From assembly GCA_036172245.1 (NCBI GenBank), contig JAYWIR010000045.1, forward strand, positions 558,001 through 622,000: DNA of 64,000 bases, read 5' to 3'. Of the stretch, positions 11,737 through 24,899 are shown in pieces (positions within the stretch are counted from its first letter, which is position 1; the number at the start of each line of letters is the position of its first letter). The DNA is from Raillietiella orientalis (Eukaryota). The position numbers were made by a program, and so were the translations under genes. Below the pieces are notes generated by a model. That model had not been told where the DNA came from, searched no databases, and saw only the letters and a program-made list of their open reading frames with translations.

Positions 11737-14700
11737 CTACTCGGTGAACACTTGGACGTCTATCCGCAAGAGAAGCTCCCCGTCCACTCCGTGCAGAGGC
11801 AGGCAGTGCGTCAGTGGGTTGTGGACGGCACGCGCCTGGGCTGCCAGACCTGACACCCTGAGTTCAGCTCGGCCGAGAAATTCTTACAGGAGGGGAAAGG
11901 GGGAAAAGAAAAACACTTCCATCGTGGCTCCGGAATGGTCTCCGTGCACTCACCATTTGGCGAAAAACATCGCTGATTATAAACGTCGAAACAAATTACG
12001 TCTTCGTGTAGGTTTCGTAACATAAACTGCATCGAACAGTTCCACTGCGGGGTCACGGTGGCATCAATAGCATGCGAGCGACACACCTGAGTTCCGACTC
12101 TCACTTCACAAAACGCTAAACATCCAATTAACAAACAAAAAACAAAACAAAAAAAAATAAAAAAGTACCACTCTTTGCCAAGAGATCCCTTCCTTCTAGT
12201 AACAAAAGGCGCAACACACCTTTCGGCAGTGGGCACGGACCTACAACAAACCTACGTTCAGTGCAGGAAGTCGTGTAGCGTTTTCAATTGCATGCAAGTG
12301 CGGGTGGGTGGCTTGAGCGATGTCTTGCTTATTACATTCGGTGACCCCAAGAAATTTTTGCTCTTACTCGTCATTCTGGCGTTACCTGTGGGTGCTGGTG
12401 CTGGGACCTGGTTCTGTGCTGCTGCCATGTGGCTATGGACGATGGCCTTACGCGTGCGAGATATCCAAGTGTTCTTTTCGATTACTGTCGGTGCACGTAA
12501 TAGTAATTCGTATTCCGGGAAACACAAGCAAAAGTGTGTGCTTTCTTGTCCTTCACGTACAGCCAAGTTTTCGCCTTGTATCAATTCGTTCCAGAAATAT
12601 GGCTACAAAAACAGTAGAAAAATGGTCGGGGGGGAGGGAGGAGGGGGAAAAAACCTACTCTTTTGTATATTCGGAACAGGAAATTGCACATTTCTAAGAC
12701 AAAGCGGGAATTCACTGGCAGTGGCCGACTTGGTCTGACCAAAAGAAAAAAATCGTTCAACAAAAATCCAACTAATTCCTTTCCGCTCTTCACCTGTGTA
12801 TACACAAAAAGAAAAAAAAACAAAAACAGAAAGAGAGGAAGGAAAAAAAAAAGAAAATACCTTGCACACTTGAGGCCAACTCTTCTTACCTTATGGACGA
12901 TGCCGCAGTGCAGGAATTTCCGTGGGCCTAAAGCGTTTGTCTGGGAGTTGAAGATGAGTGGTTCATCCAATTCCCCACAAGAAATGTGCGCCTGCATCCA
13001 CTCTAAGTAATCGGAATTTTCACGTTCTCGCACGGCATCATTGATCAGCTGACACAAGCTCTCTGCACCTGCTAGTGCTTCTTGCAAGCTGTGTTTGTCC
13101 GAATGATCAATAGGAGTAACATTAAAAATCTACTTCGAAAGTAGCATGAATGCACGCATTTTTCTACCTGTCGTATGAGTAACGGATAGCGAGTTACTCT
13201 CTGTATCGGTTTTAAAAGATAACTCGAAAGGGAAAGGCCACCAAAACGGGGATCACATGCACAGCGTTGTTCGAAGATTTGTAATTCCGGACGCTCCAAC
13301 ACTAACCTTTGCAGTGTGGTCACGGCAGCTATTTGAGACGAACAGAACTGCACATAGCAGTCAAAGTGTGAAAACTAATTTCAAAATACACATGTGAACA
13401 TGGTGAATGTATATGTTTGTATCATGTCTTACATTTTCGCACAGAATGTCCCCAATACAATCTATTATTCCAAAGCTACTCGTTTCTTTTCGAGTTCGAA
13501 GAGCTCTGTAATTTAAAACACATATAGTAAAAAGAAAAAAGAAAAAAAAAAAAAAAAAGAAACTTGAAAACAATCAATAACATTCTCTGCTTAAAGGGCA
13601 AACCTAGCGTTAATACACATGGTAAAAACTACTATTCAACTTTGATTCTTAACCAAAAATTGGATCAAACACGAAAAATGCTTATAAATAAATAGGTTAA
13701 TCATAATGGTTCATAAAGACTCTTAAATGGGTAAATAACCGTTAAATATTTTGGCAGAGAAAATTGGACATGAAGGAAAAATGGGTCACAGAAAAATAGT
13801 GTACACATAAGAAGTGCATGATGACTCACTTAAGCAACTGACTATTGCATTGTATTAGCTCATTCCAATTAATGAAGATGCTATCCATTTCTTCAGAAGA
13901 AATCAGCTTCTCTTGAAGCATAGGCCTTTGAAAATACTAAAACATGAAAATTTTACCTATGACTCTGGAAACTTATATATTTCTGTGCTCACATATGTAT
14001 ATATTTTCAAACATTTTAAAGTTTAATGAGCTAACCTGTTCAACCAATATCATGTCATACACATATTTATCTTCAGTAGAAATAAGTTCATAAATATGAT
14101 GCTGTCTTTTTCGTTCACTGCTTGCCAGCATGGGGAATTCAATGGCTGCAATCAAATGCGTCAGAAATGAGACGCTAAACAAATTACTACTTTATTCTCA
14201 TCCAATGAAGTGTCTACTTTATGAGATTAAAAAACATAATCGAAATGCTGATGATCAATGCAGCACACAAACTGATCCCAGCTTTACTTAATACATATGA
14301 TGATACCCATCTAGCTTACACTTTTCACAGAGCTAATGAATTTGAAATAAGTAATGCTGTTTGAACTTCCAAAGAAATGCCATTGCATCAGATTTATTTG
14401 AAGTAGCTCAACATGTACAGAATAAGTACTGTTTATTTTGAAGAGTACATAAAACACCTTTATTTGAATAAGACATCACAGGAATAACAAGATAGACTCT
14501 GACAAGCTCAACAGGACATAAGATTTATCAATTACATGAAAAGCGACAAAAAATAAATAAGCATCTACACAGTAATTGCGCATCTGACAACCCTTTAAAT
14601 CGTGCTGTGCCCATTCCTGCAATAATGGAAGCACTTCAAGATATTTGCGCACCCTTGAAGGATTATACCACTTACACTGGACTGGGGACACATAATTGCA

Positions 14701-17700
14701 AGGAAATACACCAATCTTTCCTCGTAGATGTCCTTTCCACCATGAAGTTTGATTTTTGTCCAATAGTTGAATGATGTCATCCTTTTCAAAAGTGAGCTCA
14801 TCATCATTCTGTGCACAGTAAGGATACAAAGCCTTCACACATTCCGGTGTGGGAGTACTTGCTTCTGGAGGACATTTGGATGAAGGAGGAATATCTGAAA
14901 ACACTGCTTTCAAAATACAATTTAGTTGTCATCGTGAACCTTGACTGTTTTGGCAATTTTCTTCTTCATGATAAGCTTTTGTTTCTACAAGATGAACATA
15001 GGAAGCAGGGAACCACCCCACTTCACGCTGCTTTCCTTTAATTTGCAACTCTCCCTGCCACCATCCACTTGTTGATTTTTTTTTGATACGAACAAGCTGC
15101 CCTCTTTGTAAAGAGAGTTGATCAGAACCTGTGGCAACATAAGGGATCATCACAGTTGCTATTTCAGGCTTGTAATCCCTGATCTAAAAGAAACGGTGTT
15201 CTGATTAACTTTTACAGTTGCCTACCTTGATATCATCATGAGATGCCTTGGGCTAAGAAGCAATGTAACTTAGAGGAAATGACTCTCATCTTACCTTATC
15301 TGGGATCTCTTCTGGCACTGATTGCTCAGATTGCACATAATTACAAGGAAAATATCCACTAGCACCATTCAGTGTACCAAACCACCAATCCTTCTCTTTC
15401 TTTGTCACACAAATTCGATCCCCAGGGTTGAAACTGAGATCCCCGGGTTCATCCGAATGGTAAGAAAATAAAGCCACACAATACTCTGCATCTAGTTATG
15501 TAAAAACTATAGAACATACATGTGACGATAACAACATATGTACCAGCAGGAGCGTCAAAAGAATGCCAGTTTTCTTTGTTTGGCTGCCAAGCCAAAGGGA
15601 TCTCTGAATTACTATGTGAAGAGCATTCCGTGGGGTTGTCAACACTTTGAGATTTGTCATCCGCAATTTTTGCTTGCACAGAAGTATCATCTTCATTGGA
15701 TAAACTGTGTGTGTCTTGCACTCCAGGCCATACACTAAAAGTAAATAAACCAAAATGCAATGTTCAATTTTCCTTATTGTGTAACTACTTGGAGTTCTCA
15801 TTAGGTTCTATAAGTTTTTCAGCATATGCTTCAGGAAACCAACCAATCTGATCGCCTATTTTGCCTGCTAACCAACCAGGAGCAGTCTTCAAGGCTGTAT
15901 GGACCTGATGAAAGAAAGTGAATCCATATTCATATGAATCTGATTTCCATGAAGTAATAAACAAGAGCTAACCCAGATTATATCTCCAGGTAAAAGGGAA
16001 AGCTCATCTGCATTTCTAGCATCAAATTGGAACAGGGCTTTATATTTTAACAACTGGCTGCCATCCAGGGAGACCCAATTAGTTGTAGAAGACACAGCTT
16101 CTTGTTGCATTTCCAAGATCTGTGCGCGTTTTTTCAAGAAATCTGCATGAGAATTTCGAACTTTTGCTAATAGGGTTTCCATAGTTTGCTTCAAATCAGA
16201 AAGCTGTGCAGTGCTTTTCTCTAGGTCTTGTATCTTTGTTTGTTTCTACAAAACAATTTCAATTTCTGATGATGAACAAGACTGCATGTACTTGTAAGTT
16301 GTAAGTTGTTAATTTGTCTTCCAGTTGTCTCAGCAACAATCGGCGGCTCGCTAAATTACTAGGTGGTAGCTGACTCCTTGATGCTAGTGCCACAGACACA
16401 GCTACAGGCACAGAGTTTGTTTATCCTAACTAACCTGTTTCTTCTAAAGCATTTTTCTGGCGTTCTTCCAGAGACTTTTTCTTTTGTGCCAGACCTATTA
16501 AGCGCTGATTCTGTTCCTCCAGAAGTGTTTGGTAACGCCTCTGCTCTGTTTTTTTAGCATCTCGAGAGGCACGCATCTTGTCAATAGTGGATTTTACATT
16601 GCTGATTTCTTCAAAGCACTCTGCAATTCGCTTCTTAGCCTCCACACGTTTATCTTCCTGTTAAACAAACAAACTTCAAGATGTTATAAAAACATACTAA
16701 CCATTAATGACAAGTCAATAGCGGTCTTTTGCTTTTGCGATTTCAGTTGCAATAAAGTCTCATGCTGTCTTTGCTGCTGCATTAGCAACTCCTGTCTCTT
16801 TTGTCTTTCCCATTCCAAAATACATTGACGCTCCATTTCTTTACGTGCTGCTTCTTTTTGCTGTTGAATGTGCTCCTGTTCCAACTCGCGCTGCCTCTCC
16901 ATCTCTTTCTGCAAAGTTAACTGCCTAGCTAACTCTTCTTGATGACGTTTAGTTTGCTCCAATCTGAACAATGATTATTAGTTGACTAAAAGAAAGCAAT
17001 ACTACTTGATCTTCTCTTGTCTTTCTTGTTCTTCTTTTTCTTTCCTTTGTCTTTCTTCTAACTCATGCTGCTGCTGTTCTAAAAGTGATTTTCGTCGTCG
17101 TTCTAGTTCAGCTTGACCCTTTTCAAAGTTTTCTTTTCGTTTGTCCTCGAAAGAAGCTAAAACATATTAGATAATTCAGACAATAGGAGGCTATTACTAA
17201 CTAGCACGAGGAATTTCTGGCATGGCAGTTCCTGAGTGTGAAGATGTAAGAATGCCATTGCACTTTGAAGCATTAAAAGATGGTGGTATAAGATGAGAAG
17301 GTAGGTCATTGGGAAGCTTTGCTCCACCATGTGCCATCTGACATAAATGCAATGCTAAAATGAATTCTTCACAACTAAGACGACCATCAGAATCAATGTC
17401 TGCTAGTGTCCTGCAATACACGCTATTGGATTTGTTTGACAGAAGATGCCTGACCAGATGTGTGCCAGAACTTTTTGAGGCAATCCACTTTGCAATAGGA
17501 TGGGTCTAGCCTGGGCACCCGTTACATAGCCACTGCAAGTTTTGTCAACACTGTTGAATAATTCTTTAAATTTAACTTGAGATGGAATTGGAACAGCCCA
17601 AGTATTCATTCCAGACATTTCAGGATGGCTATCAAATGAAAAAGAATCTAATTTGCATTAATGATATACTCACGAGAAGGAATACTGATTACTCATCTGA

Positions 17701-19129
17701 ACAGGTGATCTGCAACTCAATGTTGGCGAAGTTGTTAAAGAATATGAGCGTACACTGGTTGATGATTTGGAAACATTGACAGATTGCAGGGAACTGACTA
17801 CATTTTGAGAAGGAGATGGGTATGAAGTTTCAACAGTGAACTGCTGACTCAAGGACACTGTATGTGCAGCTGATGGTGGGTCTTTGTAAAAAGCAGACTT
17901 CATGGAACCTGAAGGAGATTGCTGTGGTATAGAAAATCCAACTGGGATCTGTGAGAGTGGTGGCAATACACTATTTGTGGGTAATGACGAACTAGTGGAA
18001 TTAAATAAAGTTGCGGACATTAAAGGAGCTACTGATGACTGTGTGGGAATGCAACCTCCCAGAGTAGAAGCACTATCACTCAACAATTCTGTTAATGATT
18101 TTTGGGGGCTTGTGGAACTGGCAATTGATGAATATGTTATGTCAGCTTTAACTAAAGTATTAGGAACAGATGCAACTGATATTGTGGTATCGATGTTTTG
18201 AGGAATACTTTTTGAGCTCCATGTTTCAGAGTGATATAAATTATCTAAAACACAGTTATACTCGAAGTTAGATGCTTCAACTTGCTCACCTTTTGGTAAT
18301 GTACTCAACACAACAAGTGATTGCAAAAGAGATGGGGGCAATTTTGCTGGAACACCAAAGTTTCTCAATTTCATTGTAATAACTTTGCATGCTATGCTGA
18401 ATTCTTTTATGTCTAGTTTGCCATCAACATCCATATCTGCTAAGGTCCTATATCAATAATTTTCACATTAATAGAAGTGAAATCAAAAAGTACAAGTTAT
18501 AAACATTTAATCTGTAAAGACTTGATGCTGATAAATGTGCAAAACAAAAAATCGTGCAAAAAAATACTAGTTTCAATAAAGTACTAGAACACAATAATAA
18601 AAAGAGGCTAAAGGGCAATTTTTAATGACAATGAATGAATTATCTAATGCATAATACACAAAAAAGGAAATTTATGTTTAGGGATGAAAATCTGTTTGAA
18701 TACTATTTCAATCTCATTAAAAAAAACGGCTACATTCTGCACAAATGAAATTAAATATTTATTTATAATATTTATTTCAAGTGCATAGTAGTTTAAGAAA
18801 ACATATTGCAATCTAAAATTTGACATCCCTTTATCACTCACCATTATAATGCTACAGAGTTAACTGTCAAATATAATATCAAACATAATATAATTGAACT
18901 TTTGGTAACTTTTGCCGTGAGTTATAACCATAAGAATGCTAGTTCTCTAGTTTATTCGAAAATTATTAGAATATTACCATATATCTGCCAGAACATTTGG
19001 CTGCAGCCCAGATTTCAAAAAATACTCTTTTGCTTGCTGTCCACTCAAGTAACCTTCAGCTGGGCAAAGAGAAGTGAATTGGTTCCTAAATTTTTCATAC
19101 TCCACAGAGCTGATAATCCATGGATCCAT
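11737..19129 (-). CDS. ITSN: Intersectin (ITSN/Dap160 homolog), long isoform: EH1-EH2-coiled coil-4xSH3-DH-PH-C2, multi-exon
   Basis: Likely start MDPWIISS (ATG 19129). EH1 [30 protein letters not shown]2 [64 protein letters not shown]3s [123 protein letters not shown]2 ..[15 protein letters not shown], stop at 11737-11739. Not every internal exon boundary was resolved. Confidence 0.95.
14432..14616 (-). other. Putative alternative terminal exon of a short intersectin isoform (split T|GA stop plus AATAAA signals)
   Basis: Donor at 14675 follows CAG T; acceptor ttccattattgcag ends at 14617 (59-nt intron) and is followed by GA, giving TGA. Minus-strand AATAAA at 14464-14459 and 14437-14432. 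Confidence 0.7.
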
Positions 19130-22100
19130 GATAGTTTGTTTAATATGTTTCTCTTTCGTGTCATTCAAAATGTATCACCAAACAAAATACTCATGCTCAT
19201 TTCTCTTCGTGACAAGCATGGCTACTAGTGACAAATGAATACGCATAAATTTAAATTTCTATATTATGTGAAACACCAGTGGTGGAGTCCAAATATTCAT
19301 CATATAAAATATTGCCTTATCCAATTCTTAAAATCCAAAATCGCAAAAAAATCAACTTCAAATTTCGAAAATTCAAATCAACCAAACAGGCACTACAAAG
19401 TTTAACGTCAAGCAAACTGAACGCAAAGGAGTGGGGCATGGAGAAAGGCATTCGTGGGAATGAAATCAATTATTCTAAATTACTTTAAATAGAAAACGAA
19501 AATACATGAAATCTTAAAATGAAGAAAGAAATTGGGAGGGTTACCCAAACATTATTACATATATCGCTTTCCCTCCTGACACTCGAATAATTCGATCAGC
19601 ACTATTTGACGAATAACTCATTCGATGACTTGACCATACTCTCGAAACATCACTCATAATGTTTATGCACTTAGGAAACTTTACGAAGTGATGCACATAT
19701 TCTGAGTGCTTCGTCATATTAAAATGACATAAGATATCATACTAATTTATCGACAAAAAGCATCTTTATTCAAAATTCCATTTGAATAGCACATTAAAAC
19801 ATTGAATGTCAGAAACTGAAAATTCCGTATTGCAGGCATACCTCAACAAAACATTAATGAGATTCGCTATAAATTGCAGTGTTTTTGAGCTTCTGCCGTA
19901 TTTTACTAAACTAAGATAAATATTAATTACTGTATAGTCATTCAATGTATATTATTCATGCCTTCCGGAAATACAATAAAAAAGGTAGAATAATTTCCAG
20001 GTTTGTATGAAGAGAACCAATGGACTTGTGATTCAGGGAGCACTATCCTTCTGGACTTAACAAGATCAAATTTTTTCTAAAATCAGAACTAATTAAATAC
20101 TTTATTACAGAAATAACAGAATGCTGAATCTTCTATTTCTTGGATTTTAGAATAAGTTTCCTCTACTATTTTTTTTTGTTTCAATTTCTGATTCAGCTGT
20201 AAAATTGCTCGTTCATGGGTTTTATTCCTTCTAATACGTCTTGAAAGCGTCATCTCAAGTCAATAATTAATTCATAAAGATTTAAACAATTTTCAATCAC
20301 AACACTATTCTTTATGCTATTATAATGGTTAATACTGACGAAAGCAACTACTAATTAATTAAAAATGCAGCTAGAGGTTAGATTGGATTGAATAGTATGT
20401 TTATGATTCATTATATACTTGTTGAGACTAAATGTGTAAATCTGTGATTAAACTGCGATAAATGTTGACTTCAGAAAAAGTTCTAATCAGATCCTATCCT
20501 CCATGAAACATTTCCCACCTGTTGTTTAATACGAGGTGGTTTGCAAAAATGCCCATGCATGAGGATTTGTACTAGATGTGGTTATAAATGAAAAATTAAA
20601 AATCTTGAGATTGTTAAGAAACTTATCGATATCCATAATTATATTTTCATTCCAAGTAGATTTTATTATCAATAAAGTTTAATAAGCAATTTATGCTGTT
20701 TCGATTATAAATCCTTCTAAGTCCAATATCACGAAAACAAAATGTTTACCGGTTCATTGCAGAAGAAACTTAGAACACAAAAAAGTCATAAATATCCCAA
20801 ATTCTCTCTTAAAAATCAATATTTGAAAACAGCATCGTATGATATCTAAATCATGTCTGATGAAGTACAACACATTCAAATCAAAACTCTTCGCTGATAT
20901 TCAATGTTCATTTGGTGTGTGCAGTACCGAAAGTATTTGAGGTCTTTAGAATTCGATTTTGAATTTCAGCTTCCTCATTATCAACGAAACCTTCGCATGA
21001 CATCAAAATTTTTCAGCAGAATTCTGATGGAATTCATAATCTAATCAAATACTTCATAATTCTCCCTTGATTTGCAATACAAGAGAATTGAAGTTCATTA
21101 CAGAGAATTATATTTTGAGAAAAATCAGTAATTCGCCGTCATAAAAATGAATGGAACAACGAAGAGCATTGTATATACTTAATATAATGTCGCATTGTAC
21201 AAATTCAAACTGCATCAAACTTTCTTCTATATGAGATTTCTTTTATACTCTTCAGAATTTATGGCAAAGACTGCTTGGAAAACGGAGATTACAGAAGTGG
21301 AAGGCGTTATACACTACACAAGAACTTTAGTTTTTTAACGAACTAAAGAAATAGGTAACTCTTGACAATGACCCTAGAAGTAGAGAAACCATCAAAAAAT
21401 ATCATGTTACAGACATTTGTTCCCGATCTCCAATCAACCGAAGTGTTCAGTTCTTATATTAATAAGCAGCCGGCTTCACATCCTCCAATAACAAACTTCA
21501 GATCCCCGAACGAGTTAGGTGTTTTTGAAGTCCCTGACCTGGTCGTTACCCAATCTCCTATTTGGTTGTTGTTGTCAGTCTTAGTTGGAATTTCATAGAA
21601 TTTTCTCCATATCTTCTAAGTGCTTAGAAAAGAAACGTCTTCTGAGGTGTCCTCAAATGCAACTCTGATTTCTTTAGGACTCTGAACATTACACTTAAAG
21701 ATGCTGACAAAGTACCCAAAAGATTTTCCAAGAAGTGCACATGTCCTTTTCTTGGTACGATCAAATTTATCCGTCTGGGGAGAAAATGTAGAAACAGAAA
21801 AACAGCGCATTAATGGAGCAATGGTATTTGCTCAAGCATTTCCATGGCAACATCGTGTGTGTCTTCGAAGTATCGCAAGAAAATGAAGTTGCCTTTTTGA
21901 GTTATAAGGATGGAATTTTCATGGTGCTTCGCTCCTGTGCAAACATAACAAGAAATTCGGCTTTCTTGATAATTGTCTTCCTCTCGCCCAGTGACTTCAA
22001 GAAAATGGATCGTAACCCTTAGGAGAGAACTAGCCAAGAAGGAGTAGGATGTGTGGATCAACATTGATTTTAGCAAGGCAGTCTCTCATTAGAGCACCTG

Positions 22101-24160
22101 CTGCAATGATTATTATAATTATTGCCATGTGAAATAGTAATGTGCCGAATGATTATTATAATATGCAGTAGAATGCTATTTTTTCCTCAAAACTCAGATG
22201 TCACTTTTACGCATCTTCTCAAGAAATATCTCAAGTACATACACCAGTTGAGAGTCTGTTAATTGAAAACTGAAAGTGCTGATTTAAGGGACAAAACACA
22301 CAGACGAACACGTAGTTCTTTATTCACCCACAGAGTCAAAATCGGAGGGCGTTGATTCATGGCCTGGCCGAGGGAGACCAGCGCATGAAGATTCGGAAAT
22401 CACCGATCTGACTCGTAAATGGGTTTGCTTTCTCATCAAGCCAACGGGAAACGAAGGCATGACTTGCTGAAGGAGCATTATAGCCACGGGAAATACTTCA
22501 GTGAAGTGGCCGGGAGAAGGTAAAGGTGCTTTGGAGATAAAACTGCATAATTTCCAAGGAAACCATCATTCGTAATCCGGGATGGAACCAGAGTTCTTTG
22601 TCAGAAAAAGAAAATTACGAATACTGATGCTGTGTTTTATTCCAAGCGAGGATGCTTCATGACTTCATACTTTGGAACTGCTACAAATACTGAAAGGGCA
22701 ACAGCTTTTCCTCCAATAACGTCAGATGCCTGATTCACCGAGAAGCCCAGCGTCATTACCTAGAAGGCAATCTTGCACACATTAATCGATGGGTTACCTA
22801 AAACTAACTGGAAGAAGCACAAGAGCAATTCTTGTTGCCTCCATTCTTCTCTCGATTAGCACTACATCCTTTATGGTCTGGGATTATCATCACTCAGTAT
22901 CTCATCAGCTTATGAAATTTGTGATTGGGGCCATAATCCCGTCATGAATTTCCTATGCTTCTGAAAATGAAAACAAAAATCCTTTCCTATCTTTGGAACG
23001 AGTCGAAAACTCCATCCTACCTGGATCCTAGAAAAGTTTTCCTTCCGTTTTCTAGTTCTTGTCTTTTATCACCCCTAACACTTCATTCTTCGAGTTCTCG
23101 GAACACTTCTTCGCGCTGCAGCTCACCCCAGCGTGGCATCTGCCTGGTTTCGACTAACCAACGCAAGAGTCAAACTTCATTTTAAATCTCGGTACATAAA
23201 GCAACATACACTCCTTCTTCACTGATTTTCGCAACGTAGGAAAAATCTCGAGTGCCGAATGTGACCATGAGATGTTACATGAGCTTCGAAGCATTCTCGG
23301 TAGGAACGACAGCAGCCACATCCAGGAAGAGGAGCTTTTCACCTAGGGTACCGTTACGTCTCTATCCATTCATGGCTCCAAAAATTTCTTGGAAACGTGC
23401 ACAAGAATACTTACGTGAAGCAACTTGGTTGTCCTGATCTGCCGCGTGGCTCAACGACAGGAGGCACGGTGCGTTCCAGTACCAGTTTGATGAGATAATT
23501 TATTTTCTCTGGGATAAATCACGTATTGTCAGGACACTGACATCAGCTTCCTGTTTTACTCTTTAGGGTTAACAGGAAGCAGAAGGGAATTTCGTAAGAA
23601 GTGACGCAAGGAGAGGGGGTTCCTTTACTGTGTTGGCCTCCCATTTGCTTGCTCCTTCGGTACTCAGGGGTGCTTTTCTTTCTTTGATACCTCATAGTCT
23701 CACTTCAAGGATGTCTTTAAAGTCCTTAACGTCTTCGTACTCAAGTGATTATTGTAAGGAATGCTGCCGGGAAGATGAGCCCAGAGTTCTTGATCAACGA
23801 CGTGACTTCTGATCAGCAGCATGTGACGGAAGTTCGACAGGCATCCGTGAGGTCCTGACAAGGAATTGAGCGGGACATCCCCTAACAGAAGAATACCTTG
23901 ATCAGAAAAGACTGTGTCCTGAGCTGGACTGTGGCCAGCCTAGAGCTATTTCCTCATATCGAGGAAATACCTGTGGTCCGCAGATATTTGCTGTATCCAC
24001 GAGTCTCGTCTGAAACTTCCGCATCTGAGCTCCTCGGCAAGAAGGAAGAAACATTCACGCGTAGGAGGTGTGCCCGTCATGGCGAGAGAAATCCCTGCCG
24101 CATGTGCCTCTCACGCTTACACACGAAGAATGCTACATCAGGGTACAATGGATGACAACA

Positions 24161-24492
24161 GAGATTTCCAGCCGTTCCCACCTTTCCGGAGATGGTCTCC
24201 CTGCACATCCAGCCCTCCTTGCGAGGCCGCGGGGTCTTCGAGGGTCGCCATCGCGTGACGGTGGTCCGGTGGATGCAGATGGACGGCGACTGCGACACGC
24301 AAGCTCTGGATGTTCCAACACGGCAGTTTGTCTTTCTCGAGCCACCTTCTCAGCCCCTGCGTCACCTCGTCATCGCTGCTTGTGGATGGCAGACTTCCAG
24401 AAGAACCTCTCACAGAGGGTCCAGGAGGGCGAGCTGTCGGGTGCTTGCTCTGCCTCGCGCCCACCGGAGCTGTTGCAGGACCGACGTGTCTG
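24161..24492 (-). mobile_element. Decayed Ty3/gypsy integrase-like repeat, copy 1 (inverted copy of 37714-38042)
   Basis: About 330 nt align by eye to the reverse complement of 37714-38042 with long identical stretches. Translation HPQ/SDDEVTQGLRRWLEK..WN..RVAVA resembles the integrase core HPQSNG..ER..LK..L..W..LP.V. Confidence 0.5.
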
Positions 24493-24830
24493 CGGTCTCC
24501 GCACGTGGCATGGAGCGTCGCGGGTTCGAACCCCAGTCGGGGAGGAATCGATGCCGAGAAATGGGGTGCGTCGTAGGTTTCGAGTCCCTTCCCCCCAAGG
24601 GACAATGCTGGTTCTCCTCTTCGGGTGAGTCACTGGTGGACACTGAAAAGCCGGTTGCCCCGTTGACTGTCTGGGATTGGAAACTGACCCTCCAGAGTCC
24701 CTCCAGAACATTAGGGAGCCGGCTTCCTTCGTGATTCCACCTCCGGTTGTGCAAATGGAGCCGTCCCCTTCCTCCTAATCGGAGGATCCTCCATCGCGTG
24801 CCACGGTGCCGGTTGATACTCCCCTCGGGG
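24486..24830 (+). mobile_element. tRNA-headed SINE-like repeat, copy A
   Basis: B-box GGTTCGAACCC at 24523-24533, second B-box-like GGTTTCGAGTCCC at 24576-24588; body (ccgttgactg, ctccggttgtgcaaatgg, cctccatcg) shared with copies B, C and D. Confidence 0.7.
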
Positions 24831-24899
24831 GGGCGAATGCAAGAAGTGCACACGGGTCGTGTGCTCAGCCGTACGGGAGCGAATCAATCATCCCTCAGA

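Noticed and set aside
14476..14675. In-frame read-through of the last SH3 exon into a hydrophobic tail
   Set aside because: A strong GTAAG donor and two good acceptors explain the region better; retention cannot be excluded but has no support.
20624..20631. DRE-like TATCGATA upstream of intersectin
   Set aside because: Single 8-mer about 1.5 kb from the ATG in AT-rich DNA; could be chance.
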